DNA of 64,000 bases from Deferribacterales bacterium (GTDB lineage: Bacteria; Chrysiogenota; Deferribacteres; Deferribacterales; Geovibrionaceae). Shown in pieces: positions 40,365-54,410 of this stretch; the stretch's first letter is position 1; each line of letters opens with the position of its first letter. Position numbers and translations under genes: made by a program. The notes under the pieces are model-generated. The model made no database searches. It had not been told where the DNA came from and was given only the letters and a program-made list of their open reading frames with translations. The stretch spans positions 1-64,000 of the forward strand of contig JBFWMA010000005.1 in the NCBI GenBank assembly GCA_050251875.1, in the 5' to 3' direction.

Positions 40365-40469
40365 TCTCTTAAGTTCAAGGGATGCAGAAGCTGTCAGGTG
40401 GTAGACCTTGATATTGGGATTATTGTTAAGAGCTTAAGTATGAGTTTTTAATTATAGTTCCAAATGTTT

Positions 40470-40542
40470 GGGGGTGTAGCTCAGCTGGGAGAGCACCGCC
40501 CTTGCAAGGCGGGGGTCAAGAGTTCGAATCTCTTCATCTCCA
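40470..40542 (+). tRNA. tRNA-Ala(TGC)
   Basis: Anticodon loop CTTGCAA; G3:U70 pair; TTCGAAT T-loop; CCA not encoded. Confidence 0.96.
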
Positions 40543-40708
40543 TTTAGGAACTTCAAAGAATACTGATCGTTAAGATCAGTTGCTGTTAGACAAAAGTATA
40601 TTGTTATTCTGCGGGTCTTGTCAAACGTATCACGATACGGTGACCCGAGCAACAGATAATTATATCATATATGGGCTTTTAGAGATAAGGGAAGCTTAGG
40701 GTAAACAA

Positions 40709-43611
<2,903 letters not shown>

Positions 43612-43697
43612 ATATAAATCTTAAAGCTTCCCTTAATTCTAAGAGCCCATGTAGACTGTTTGACAGGTCTTAAAAGTTAAATATGAATATCCAGGAT

Positions 43698-43818
43698 TCC
43701 CTGGTGGCTGTAGCGGAGATTCTGCACCCGTTCCCATTTCGAACACGGAAGTTAAGCTCTCCAGCGCCGAAGATACTGTGCGAATTAAACGTATGGGAGA
43801 ATAGGTCGCCGCCAGGGA
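43698..43818 (+). rRNA. rrf: 5S rRNA
   Basis: TCCCTGGTGGC...CGAACACGGAAGTTAAGC...GCCGCCAGGGA. Confidence 0.97.
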
Positions 43819-44122
43819 TTTTTATATTTAAAATCTCAATACACTTCCTATAACATTGTCAGTCTTCCCTCAGACCAACTCACATATTTATGCATATGCT
43901 CGCTGCCCGTTCGGTCAGTCTTCCTTGTTCTACTCGTGTCTGAAAATTTTATACACTCCCCCTCGCATTAAAATCCTCATAGAACCGCTTTATCTGAAAA
44001 GTATTTATAATTAATTAAATGCGGCATGAAAGGTCTAAACATTGCTCTACTATAAAAATTGGTAGTTTTTTACTTTTTTTTGGTTTAAAATAGAGACCAG
44101 AAGACTATTTTAGGGTGATTTG

Positions 44123-45583
44123 ATGTCAAAATTCCTTTCTGTAGTGATTATTTTTCTGCTCACCGCAGTGTGTTTTGCGGATAACTTTAATGATACTTTA
44201 GCGAAAGCAAAGACCGGTGACGCTACCGCACAATATAATACCGCTCTCATGTATTATTCAGGAGAGACTGTGGAGAAAGATCTGCGTGAGGCGTTCAGGT
44301 GGTATATAAAGGCTGCTGTACAGGGTGATGCTGTTTCTCAGTTTAACCTCGGAGTAATGTACTATAACGGAGAGGGCGCTCCCCGTGACTATGAAAAAGC
44401 GGCTACATGGATTATGAGATCCGCAGACAAAGGATATGTAAAGGCTCAGTATACTCTCGGCATGATGTATCTCAATGGCGACAAAATCGCCATGAACTAT
44501 AAACAGGCGGTAAAATGGCTGACAAAAGCGGCCGAACACGGCAACCCTGAGTTTCAGCATCCGCTGGGTATGAAATATTACTCTAAAAAAGGCGGCGGCT
44601 CAGTAGTTAACACTCTGGATGATTCCGGGTTTATAAAAAACGGTGAAGAACTTGATAATACACAGGCTTTCGAAAGATATATGTCTGCCGCTGCAAAAGG
44701 AAATATTTCCGCTCAGAAGAATGTAGCAATCATGTACTACAAAGGTATAGGTGTATCGCAGAACTATGCTGAAGCAGTCAAATGGTATAAAAAGGCGGCA
44801 GAGAAGGGCGACACGGAATCTCAGTATAATCTTGGCGTAATCTATATTAACGGCGATGGCGTGACACAGAGCCAGACCGATGCTGTGAAATGGTATACTA
44901 TGGCGGCTGAGAGCGGTTACTACCGTGCTCAGTATAACCTGGGACAGATATATCTGAGCGGGGAGAAAAAACTCTCCAGATATCAGGAAGCCGTGAAATG
45001 GCTGGCAAAAGCGGCTGAAGGAAGAGAGAGAGAAGCGGCGAAAAGACCCGCAAACACGCAAAAAACAGCGCAGGCTTTACAGCCGTCCGGAAACTATCAG
45101 AAAACATTTAGCAAATACAGACAGGAAGCCCTTAAAGGTGATGCTGAGGCACAGAGGAATCTTGCCACATTATATTATAACGGGCTGGGAACGGCTCAGA
45201 GCTATATAGACGCCGCTGTCTGGTTCACAAAAGCGGCTAAACAGGGTGATGCTGAAGCTCAGTATAATATCGGAATGATGTACCACAAAGGCGAAGGCGT
45301 GGTGCAAAACTATCAGGAAGCCGTGAAATGGTATAAAAAATCCGCTCAGCAGGGTAGCGACTGCGCTCAATATAATGTAGCCGTAATGTATTACAACGGC
45401 GAGGGTGTCGTTCAGAACTTTCAGGAAGCGTATATGTATTTCATTCTGGCGAAAGCCAACGGCAATGAAAATGCCGAGAGAGTGATCAACTCTGTCATGA
45501 ATAAACTGGACAATCAGCAGATAAGCGAGGCTCAGAATAACGCCACTGTTTTCTATACAAAAAGATCGAGAGAGAACGGGTAA
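44123..45583 (+). CDS. Secreted Sel1-like repeat protein
   Basis: Signal peptide; about ten AQYNLGxMYxxGxGVxQNYxEAVKWYxKAAxQG repeats. Confidence 0.93.
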   Translation: MSKFLSVVIIFLLTAVCFADNFNDTLAKAKTGDATAQYNTALMYYSGETVEKDLREAFRWYIKAAVQGDAVSQFNLGVMYYNGEGAPRDYEKAATWIMRSADKGYVKAQYTLGMMYLNGDKIAMNYKQAVKWLTKAAEHGNPEFQHPLGMKYYSKKGGGSVVNTLDDSGFIKNGEELDNTQAFERYMSAAAKGNISAQKNVAIMYYKGIGVSQNYAEAVKWYKKAAEKGDTESQYNLGVIYINGDGVTQSQTDAVKWYTMAAESGYYRAQYNLGQIYLSGEKKLSRYQEAVKWLAKAAEGREREAAKRPANTQKTAQALQPSGNYQKTFSKYRQEALKGDAEAQRNLATLYYNGLGTAQSYIDAAVWFTKAAKQGDAEAQYNIGMMYHKGEGVVQNYQEAVKWYKKSAQQGSDCAQYNVAVMYYNGEGVVQNFQEAYMYFILAKANGNENAERVINSVMNKLDNQQISEAQNNATVFYTKRSRENG

Positions 45584-45649
45584 ATAATTTATTATTGCCG
45601 TATTTTATGTTTATGGCTAGACTAGTCTTAAAACATCCGGAGTTGATAA

Positions 45650-46270
45650 ATGACTGAAAGATTTGATAAAGGCGCCGCAAACTGGGACAGCAAACCCAGA
45701 CGTATCAAGCTGGCGAAAGATGTTTCCGATGCGATTTTTGAGAGAGTAAATCCCGAGAAAGGCATCCGCATAACAGATTTCGGCACAGGTACAGGGCTTC
45801 TTCTGCTCAGCTTCGCCGACACAGCGTCAGAGATGACCGGAGTGGATTTTTCAGGACCTATGCTGGATGTTCTGATGCAGAAGGCGAAAGATGCCGGAAT
45901 CAATAATCTGAAAACAAAAGTTATGGATATAAATAAAGACGAGTTCGAGCCGGAAAGCGCTGATTTGATAACATCAAATATGGTGACGCATCACCTGCCC
46001 GATCCTGAGCTGCTCTTTGAAAAAGCCTACAGTGCGCTGTCTGCCGGCGGATATCTCTGCGTGAGCGATCTGGTTTCCGAAGACGGCACATTTCACGACA
46101 ACCCATCTGACGATATCTACCATCATGGTTTCGACATGGACTCTGTGGGGCAGTCCCTTATGGATGCCGGATTCAGACGTGTGGAAGTAAAACCCGTGAC
46201 CTATATTACAAAGGAGCATGACGGCGTGAAGCGCATGTATCCCGTGTTTCTGGCGGTTGCTCAGAAATAA
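45650..46270 (+). CDS. Class I SAM-dependent methyltransferase
   Basis: DFGTGTG, GVDFS, MVTHHL, DLVSEDGTFH, HHGF. Confidence 0.9.
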   Translation: MTERFDKGAANWDSKPRRIKLAKDVSDAIFERVNPEKGIRITDFGTGTGLLLLSFADTASEMTGVDFSGPMLDVLMQKAKDAGINNLKTKVMDINKDEFEPESADLITSNMVTHHLPDPELLFEKAYSALSAGGYLCVSDLVSEDGTFHDNPSDDIYHHGFDMDSVGQSLMDAGFRRVEVKPVTYITKEHDGVKRMYPVFLAVAQK

Positions 46271-46900
46271 TCAGGCTTCCGCTGTGCCTGCCTTCTCTTC
46301 CCTGTCTCTAAGAAACCATACAAGCCCGTAAACGAAAGGCGTGTCGATGAGAGCTATTATCAGCTTGATAACCCACTGTCCGAGGATCAGCGGCAGAAGG
46401 GGCATAACACCGTAAAAAGCGATCACGATGAATATCACAGAATCCAGAAGCTGGGACATTGCTGTGGAGGCATTGTTGCGCAGCCACAGGTGTTTTTTTC
46501 CTGTTCTGTCTTTTATGAAGTGGTACAGCCACACATCATGATACTGGCTGACGAGATAGGCTATGAGTGAAGCTATGATTATTCTGGATGATGCGCTGAG
46601 TATTGTGCTGAAAGCCTCCTGATTTCCCCAGAAGGGAGCGGAGGGCAGGATGATAGCGAACCTGATGAGCACAAATACTGATGCCAGAGCGATGAAACCG
46701 GCTATGACAATGTTGTTAGCTGTCTTCTTTCCCCATATTTCGCCGATGGTGTCAGACACCAGAAAAGTGACGGAGTATGCCAGAATTCCGGCGGGGACAA
46801 AGAGTCCGAAAATATTTATAATTTTGCTTGCCAGCACCGCGGCGATGGTGAGAGAGCTCACGAACAGCGCTGAAAGTATTGTAAGGCTTTTATCCTGCAT
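46271..46900 (-). CDS. Queuosine precursor transporter (Vut_1/YhhQ family)
   Basis: FLVSDTIGEIWG, RIIIASLIAYLVSQYHDV, LWLRNNAST, SQLLDS, DTPFVY. Confidence 0.88.
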   Translation of the reverse strand: MQDKSLTILSALFVSSLTIAAVLASKIINIFGLFVPAGILAYSVTFLVSDTIGEIWGKKTANNIVIAGFIALASVFVLIRFAIILPSAPFWGNQEAFSTILSASSRIIIASLIAYLVSQYHDVWLYHFIKDRTGKKHLWLRNNASTAMSQLLDSVIFIVIAFYGVMPLLPLILGQWVIKLIIALIDTPFVYGLVWFLRDREEKAGTAEA

Positions 46901-46968
46901 TTTTTAACCTCTTGTATTCACTGAAGTCAGAATATATAGTCTTATATATAAAATTACCAGAGGAAAAT

Positions 46969-47430
<462 letters not shown>

Positions 47431-47441
47431 AGAGGTGGACT

Positions 47442-47909
47442 ATGCGCAGAAACGAAAAAGAGATTAAAGAACAGATAGAGCTTTATGAAATATTGTCCAG
47501 AGGACAGATAATCAGGCTGGGAATGGCTCTGAACAACGAGCCGTATGTTGTCCCCATGAACTATGGGTTCAAGGACGGGGAACTGTATCTCCATTCTGCT
47601 CTGGAAGGCAAAAAGATAGATATGCTGAGGAAAAACCCTATCGTGTGCTTCGAGGTGTCTGTGGACACTGAGCTTAAGACAGCCCAAAGCGCATGCGGAT
47701 GGACATTCTGCTTCCGGTCTGTGATAGGCAGAGGCAAGGCGCATATCCTGACAGACGAAAAGAGCAAAATAGACGGTCTGGACATAATAATGAGGCATTT
47801 CGGCAGTATGGACAATACATATAAACCGGAAGCCGTTGCCAAAACCTGTGTCATAAAGATTGTGATAGACGAGCTGACAGGCAAAATGTCGCCCATCGGA
47901 AGGGACTGA
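47442..47909 (+). CDS. Pyridoxamine 5'-phosphate oxidase-like (NimA) flavin-binding protein
   Basis: MRRNEKEI, PYVVPMNYG, LHSALEGKK, FRSVIGRG, LTGK. Confidence 0.88.
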   Translation: MRRNEKEIKEQIELYEILSRGQIIRLGMALNNEPYVVPMNYGFKDGELYLHSALEGKKIDMLRKNPIVCFEVSVDTELKTAQSACGWTFCFRSVIGRGKAHILTDEKSKIDGLDIIMRHFGSMDNTYKPEAVAKTCVIKIVIDELTGKMSPIGRD

Positions 47910-47911
47910 TA

Positions 47912-48397
47912 ATGGGAAAAGAGAAATTTCCGGTTACGCAGGCGGTAAGGGTTCTGCGTGACGGTAAATGCGACTTTGAACCGCACCTTTATGAATATGA
48001 AGAAAAAGGCGGAACAAAACACTCCAGCAGAGAGCTGGGGGCTGACGAGCATGAAGTTATAAAGACCATAATAGTGGAGGACGAGTCGAAGACTCCATAT
48101 GTGGTGCTGATGCACGGGGACAAGGAGATATCTCTGAAACAGCTTGCCCGTGACATCAACGTTAAGCTGCTGAAACCCTGCGACCCAGACACGGCGAACA
48201 GACACACAGGATATCTTGTGGGCGGCACGTCACCGTTCGGCACGAAAAGAAAGATGAGAGTCTTTATGGAGAAAACCATTGCCGAGCTGACGATGATATA
48301 TATCAACGGAGGCAAGCGGGGATTTCTGGTGAAGATCGCCCCTTCGGAAGTTATCCGGGTTCTTAAGCCCGAGCTGGTGAACGTGGCTACTGACTGA
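47912..48397 (+). CDS. ybaK: Cys-tRNA(Pro) deacylase
   Basis: VIKT, TGYLVGGTSPFG, INGGKRG. Confidence 0.9.
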   Translation: MGKEKFPVTQAVRVLRDGKCDFEPHLYEYEEKGGTKHSSRELGADEHEVIKTIIVEDESKTPYVVLMHGDKEISLKQLARDINVKLLKPCDPDTANRHTGYLVGGTSPFGTKRKMRVFMEKTIAELTMIYINGGKRGFLVKIAPSEVIRVLKPELVNVATD

Positions 48398-48407
48398 AAT
48401 CTATAAT

Positions 48408-48436
48408 GAGATTGCCACGCCTCGATCGCAATGACG
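48408..48436. repeat. REP-like element (CGTC type)
   Basis: GAGATTGCCACG...GCAATGACG; ATTGC/GCAAT stem; single copy in the window. Confidence 0.4.
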
Positions 48437-48499
48437 GAGAAACCACAGAATGTGGTTCGTGAAGCGAAGATTTATTCTGAGCCTAAAGGTATAAACGTA

Positions 48500-48531
48500 A
48501 TAAAGGCGGACATGGCACCGTCCGCCTTTAT
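48500..48531. terminator. Hairpin between convergent ybaK and the CsoR-family gene
   Basis: ATAAAGGCGGAC-ATGGCACC-GTCCGCCTTTAT. Confidence 0.65.
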
Positions 48532-48594
48532 AAAAAGAGGTATGATACGAGCTGACGCATGCGGGGTTCGCAGGACCGCATACGTCTTTTTACT

Positions 48595-48843
48595 CTATAG
48601 ATATTTGGATAATTCCTGCAGTTCCTTTCTAAGAACGTCTGAGGAAATGTCGCCGGACAGCGCATGCTCAATCTGTTCCCTAATATACAGATTTTTCGCC
48701 TTGGACAATGCGCCCGTCACGGCCTGCATCTGCTGGGCGACGTCTATTCCGCCGCGTCCCTCGCTGATCATCTCGATAACTTTGCCCAGGTGTCCGTTTG
48801 CCCTTTGCAGTCTTTTGATTATGTCCGCGTTATCTTCCAGCAT
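48595..48843 (-). CDS. CsoR/RcnR (NreA-like) family repressor
   Basis: IKRLQRANGHL, MISEGR, DVAQQMQAV, ELQELSKYL. Confidence 0.85.
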   Translation of the reverse strand: MLEDNADIIKRLQRANGHLGKVIEMISEGRGGIDVAQQMQAVTGALSKAKNLYIREQIEHALSGDISSDVLRKELQELSKYL

Positions 48844-48861
48844 GATGTCTCCATGTGTGTG

Positions 48862-48891
48862 TATCCTATCCTATAGGATAGGATAAGTCAA
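48862..48891 (-). promoter_or_regulatory. Promoter overlapped by a 24-bp perfect palindromic operator
   Basis: TATCCTATCCTATAGGATAGGATA (48862-48885) covers the spacer and -10 of TTGACT-17-TAGGAT. Confidence 0.8.
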
Positions 48892-48983
48892 GATAAAAAT
48901 GATAAAATATTTCTAAAAAGAAGGATAAATCTTGACGCTAAATATTCAAAAGTGCATATTTTATAAAAAAAGTTTCGGAGTTA

Positions 48984-49478
48984 ATGATGAAAAAACTTAT
49001 GATAGTCCTTGCGTCTCTGTTCCTGCTCTTCGGATGTATGGGATCAGAAAAGAAAGAAACAACATCCGCAGTGACCGGTTCCGAGTCCGGTATTCAGGTG
49101 AAGACAAAGGGCTTCGTGGAGGAGCTGAAAAAAGAATATGCCGGAAAAGTGCTTCTGGTTAACTTCTTTGCCTCATGGTGTCCCCCCTGTCGTGGAGAAA
49201 CTCCCGATTTTGTGGCGGCATATGAGAAATATAAAGACAGCAACTTCGTAATAGTAGGTATCTCCGTGGATAAAGAGCTGAAAGATGTGGAAGGATATCA
49301 GAAAGAGTTCGGCGTATCCTATCCCCTCTATCATTCTGACAATGATCTGGCGATGGAGATGAACATCAGCACTATACCCACTACTTTTATATATAAACCG
49401 GACGGCAAGCTCTTCGATATGGTGGTCGGACCGCTCACAGCGAAAGAGCTGGATATAATCGCTACCAGCTTTAAATAA
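48984..49478 (+). CDS. TlpA-family thiol-disulfide oxidoreductase lipoprotein
   Basis: Lipobox LFGC; NFFASWCPPC; cis-Pro IPTTF. Confidence 0.9.
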   Translation: MMKKLMIVLASLFLLFGCMGSEKKETTSAVTGSESGIQVKTKGFVEELKKEYAGKVLLVNFFASWCPPCRGETPDFVAAYEKYKDSNFVIVGISVDKELKDVEGYQKEFGVSYPLYHSDNDLAMEMNISTIPTTFIYKPDGKLFDMVVGPLTAKELDIIATSFK

Positions 49479-49561
49479 GCTATTGCGATAATATTTTGTC
49501 AGATTATTTTAATAAAAGTCAAACAACGACACCAGATGTGCGGCATGGAGGCATCCAGCAG

Positions 49562-50041
49562 ATGATAGAGACAGCAGTGAAATGTGTTATTAAAGAGCCT
49601 GTAACGTCCAGATACGTCATGCTGCTCGAGACACTGTGCGGACATTATCTGATCCCCGTGAAGATAGGGGAGTTCGAGGCAGAATCTATCTATTGTGTTC
49701 TCAACAGAATAAAATCCCCCAGACCAATGACCTATGATTTCATATCAAACATCCTCTTCACCATAGACGAAGTAAACATCGACAGAGTTGTCATAGACGG
49801 CTACCGCAACGGTGTTTATTCCGCCAGCATATACGTCATCTGCGACAAAGAGGAGAAGAGGGTGGACTGCCGCCCCTCAGACGGCGTGGCGCTCGCTCTT
49901 AAGATGGGTGTTCCGGTCTATGTGGAAGACGATATCCTCTGTCCCAACTGCTGTGTGGACAGGACATTCATAAACGAGGACGACAACAAGATTCTCGCCA
50001 ATCTGATAGACGAGCACGACTCGCTCTATTGGCACTATTAG
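49562..50041 (+). CDS. Bifunctional nuclease family (DUF151)
   Basis: IPVKIGEFEA, PRPMTYD, DCRPSDGVALA; ATG 49562 after GGAGG. Confidence 0.87.
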   Translation: MIETAVKCVIKEPVTSRYVMLLETLCGHYLIPVKIGEFEAESIYCVLNRIKSPRPMTYDFISNILFTIDEVNIDRVVIDGYRNGVYSASIYVICDKEEKRVDCRPSDGVALALKMGVPVYVEDDILCPNCCVDRTFINEDDNKILANLIDEHDSLYWHY

Positions 50042-50335
50042 GTTCTTCTCAAAAATAACTTCCTGTTATTTTTGAGCAACGCAAAGACAGGCAAAGCCTC
50101 GCCTTTGCTCACACTACAAGAATTTTAAGCAGTAAACTGCATAAAATTATTTCCGTGAGGTACATCCATGTACCTGGGTTCTTCTCAAAAATAACTTCCT
50201 GTTATTTTTGAGCAACGCAAAGACAGGCAAAGCCTCGCCTTTGCTCACACTACAAGAATTTTAAGCAGTAAACTGCATAAAATTATTTCCGTGAGGTGCA
50301 TCCATGTACCCGGGTTCTTCTCAAAAATAATTTCC
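50041..50335. repeat. 136-bp tandem repeat (2 full copies plus 23-bp partial) built of hairpins
   Basis: Units start at 50041, 50177, 50313; the two full copies differ at 2 positions. Confidence 0.95.
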
Positions 50336-50350
50336 AGTAATTAGAGATAT

Positions 50351-50379
50351 AAAAAAAGCCCGCGTAAGCGGGCTCTTTT
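50351..50379. terminator. Intrinsic terminator after secF (bidirectional)
   Basis: AAAAAAAGCCCGC-GTAA-GCGGGCTCTTTT. Confidence 0.85.
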
Positions 50380-50398
50380 GTGTTGTATAGACTTAGTC

Positions 50399-51295
50399 TT
50401 ACTTATCTTTTTTGATCAGGTAAACCAGTGCGCTGGCTATACCTATTGAAGAGTATGTACCCACAAGGATACCGATGAGAAGTGTGAAGGCGAATCCGTT
50501 GATGACCTCTCCTCCGAAGAAGTAGAGAGCCACAACAGTGAGCAGAGTCAGGAAAGATGTGAGTATGGTACGGCTCAGTGTTTCGTTCAGACTGAGGTTC
50601 ATAACATCTTTCAGGTTCATGGACTTAGCCTTGTCCTCACGCATATTCTCTCTGATACGGTCGAAGACAACGATGGTGTCGTTCAGCGAATAACCGACCA
50701 GTGTCAGCACCGCCGCCACAACAGAGATCGAAATCTCTTTTCCCAGCAGACTGAAAAAGCCCAGCGTGATGATAACATCGTGGAACAGAGCCATAACAGC
50801 GCCCAGAGAAAATACAAGCTGGAAGCGGAAGGCGACATAGATAAGGATACCTATGAGTGAGTATAAAATGGCGTATACAGCCATCTTTTTCAGCTCGGAG
50901 CCCACCTGGGGACCTACCTGCTCCACTCTTTCCACTATGAAGGTATTGCCTTTAACGTTTTCCTGAAGGCTCGCCTGTATGGAGTCAGAGACTGATTTCA
51001 GCTCTTTGTCGTTTTTTACCACACGGATAAGAATCTCTTCCGGTGATCCGAAATTCTGAATGATGGTTTCGCCTATTTTCAGCTCGTCCATCGCCTTTCT
51101 GATGGTGTTCAGATCGGGCGCCTGCTCAAACTTAACCTGGACGATTGTACCGCCCGCGAAGTCTATGCCGAAGTTGAATCCTTTTGTAAAGATCATACCG
51201 AGGCTTAAGAGCACTAATACGCCAGAGATCAGGAAAAAGAGTTTAGCTTTTCCCATGAAGTCAAATTGTGTTCCCTGTTTTATCAGTTCAAACAT
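50399..51295 (-). CDS. secF: Protein translocase subunit SecF
   Basis: GIDFAGG, VGPQVG, GYSLNDTIVVFDRIRE. Confidence 0.97.
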   Translation of the reverse strand: MFELIKQGTQFDFMGKAKLFFLISGVLVLLSLGMIFTKGFNFGIDFAGGTIVQVKFEQAPDLNTIRKAMDELKIGETIIQNFGSPEEILIRVVKNDKELKSVSDSIQASLQENVKGNTFIVERVEQVGPQVGSELKKMAVYAILYSLIGILIYVAFRFQLVFSLGAVMALFHDVIITLGFFSLLGKEISISVVAAVLTLVGYSLNDTIVVFDRIRENMREDKAKSMNLKDVMNLSLNETLSRTILTSFLTLLTVVALYFFGGEVINGFAFTLLIGILVGTYSSIGIASALVYLIKKDK

Positions 51296-51310
51296 TTCAT
51301 ATACCTCGGT

Positions 51311-52858
51311 TTAGATACTAAGGGATTTTACTTCTTTCTTGCCAAGGAAGGTCCAGAAGATCACCTTGGTAACAAAGATGGCTGTGAAAAGTGACGCCAG
51401 AATACCAATGGACAGAGTAACAGCAAAACCTTTGATCGGACCAGTACCGAACTGAAACAGAACGATAGCGGCGATGATGGTTGTGATGTTGGCGTCCATA
51501 ATGGTGGAGAAAGCCTTTTCAAATCCGTATTCCAGAGCGTTCAGCGGTGTTCTGCCCAGTCTGATTTCCTCACGCACACGCTCAAAGATAAGAACGTTGG
51601 CGTCAACCGCCATACCCACGGTCAGGATGATACCGGCGATACCGGGGAGTGTCAGTGTGGCTCCGAACTGTGCCATTACACCAAGAATGATGACGAAGTT
51701 GGTGAACAGAGCAATGTTTGCCACCCATCCGCACATTCTGTAGTATATGCCCATGAAAACAACGATGAGCACAAACCCGATGACAGAGGCTTTAACGCCG
51801 CTGTTGATGGAGTCGTTACCCAGAGACGGTCCCACTGTTCTGTTCTCTTCTATGGAGACGGGAGCGGGCAGAGAGCCGGCTCTCAGAACGATAGCGAGAT
51901 CCTTCGCCTCCTGCAGGCTGTCCATGCCGTCAATATAGGCAGAACCGCCGGGAATGCGTGTCTTTATCACGGGAGCGGAATATACGTTGTCATCCAGAAC
52001 AATAGCCATTCTCTTGCCTATGTTTTCGCCTGTCAGCTCCTCGAAGAGCTTGCTTCCGGCGGCGTCCAGCTTGAACTGAACGATAGGCAGGTTATATGTA
52101 CTGGAGAAGTTTACCTCGGCGTCAGTGATATATTCGCCTGTTAGAGCGGCTTCCGCTTTCAGAACGTAGGGAACTTTGCTAATCACTTTGCCTGTGGCTT
52201 TGTCTGTTTTTTTCTGGAAGAGGACTATGTCGTCAAAGGGGACGTTTCCGGTGGAAACATCATTTGCGCTGACGCTGTCATCGACCATATAGAATTTAAG
52301 CTGAGCTGTTTTACCGATAAGGTTGATAGCTCTGTCGGGATCTGTAATACCAGGGAGCTGAACCACAACCTGTGAGTCGCCCTGACGCTGTATAACCGGC
52401 TCGGACACGCCGAACTGGTCGATACGGTTTCTGACAACCTCCAGAGACTGCTCCACAGCCGATTCCTTGATCTGTTTAACAGATTTAGGATCGAACATGT
52501 AGGAGAGAGTGTTCTCCTCGGATATGCTGATGTCCTGAAGAGTGGGATAGTTTTTGCTGACTATACCCTTCACTTTGTCCATATCCGCGGCTGAGTTGAG
52601 CCCGATGTTTATCTTGTCTTTACCCGATTTCTGAACATATGAGAAATTTATCTTGTCTGTTGCCAGTTCCTTGCGGAGCTGTCCCGCGGTGCTGTCCACT
52701 CTGGATTCCACGGCTTTTTCCGTGTCAACGCCCAGAACGACGTGCATTCCTCCCTGCAGGTCCAGACCGAGCTTGATCTTCTTGTCCAGCGGGAGCATGG
52801 AGAAAATAGACCAGCCCAGAACAATTAAAATTACTGCCCAGCGGACTTTAAGGTTCAT
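51311..52858 (-). CDS. secD: Protein translocase subunit SecD
   Basis: LGLDLQGG, RIDQFGVSEP, LRAGSLP, GMAVDANVLIFER. Confidence 0.97.
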   Translation of the reverse strand: MNLKVRWAVILIVLGWSIFSMLPLDKKIKLGLDLQGGMHVVLGVDTEKAVESRVDSTAGQLRKELATDKINFSYVQKSGKDKINIGLNSAADMDKVKGIVSKNYPTLQDISISEENTLSYMFDPKSVKQIKESAVEQSLEVVRNRIDQFGVSEPVIQRQGDSQVVVQLPGITDPDRAINLIGKTAQLKFYMVDDSVSANDVSTGNVPFDDIVLFQKKTDKATGKVISKVPYVLKAEAALTGEYITDAEVNFSSTYNLPIVQFKLDAAGSKLFEELTGENIGKRMAIVLDDNVYSAPVIKTRIPGGSAYIDGMDSLQEAKDLAIVLRAGSLPAPVSIEENRTVGPSLGNDSINSGVKASVIGFVLIVVFMGIYYRMCGWVANIALFTNFVIILGVMAQFGATLTLPGIAGIILTVGMAVDANVLIFERVREEIRLGRTPLNALEYGFEKAFSTIMDANITTIIAAIVLFQFGTGPIKGFAVTLSIGILASLFTAIFVTKVIFWTFLGKKEVKSLSI

Positions 52859-52860
52859 TG

Positions 52861-53181
52861 TTATTTTGTCTCCTGTGTGACTTTGGAAGCGATGCCGTTT
52901 TTAGTCATTTTCACGGTAACGCCATCGGCTATTTCAACCATGAAGGTATTGTTATCAAGAACTTTTGTCACTTTGCAGTAGATTCCGCCTCCGGTGATTA
53001 TCTCGTCCCCGGCTTTAATGGCGTTCAGCATGGCGACATGCTCTTTCTGTTTTTTCTGCTGAGGTCTGATAAGAAGGAAATAGAATATACCGAAGATTAC
53101 CACCATCATTAAAAGCGGTGCGAAGGGGCTGCCCTGTGCGGGAGCGGCTGCGTCTGCTGCGTATGCGATATTATTGAACAT
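52861..53181 (-). CDS. yajC: Preprotein translocase subunit YajC
   Basis: FYFLLIRPQQKK, GDEIITGGG; lies between tgt and secD. Confidence 0.95.
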   Translation of the reverse strand: MFNNIAYAADAAAPAQGSPFAPLLMMVVIFGIFYFLLIRPQQKKQKEHVAMLNAIKAGDEIITGGGIYCKVTKVLDNNTFMVEIADGVTVKMTKNGIASKVTQETK

Positions 53182-54291
<1,110 letters not shown>

Positions 54292-54303
54292 TTAATTCCT
54301 TAT

Positions 54304-54407
54304 CGGCGGGGTGTAAAACCCCGCCCTACATATTGGTGGAGGTTTCTGCGCCAAGCTGGCTGTAAAACCCTGCCCTACATGTAGGGTGGCATTTTATATG
54401 CCGCCGT
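54304..54407. repeat. Cluster of GTAG-type REP palindromes
   Basis: CGGCGGGGTGTAAAACCCCGCCCTAC, partial TGTAAAACCCTGCCCTAC, GTAGGGTGGCATTTTATATGCCGCC. Confidence 0.75.
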
Positions 54408-54410
54408 ATG

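Noticed and set aside
48431..48886. 151-aa + strand ORF
   Set aside because: Crosses hairpins and lies antisense to the CsoR-family gene.
50041..50335. CRISPR array
   Set aside because: Units are near-identical over their whole length with no unique spacers; no cas genes in the window.
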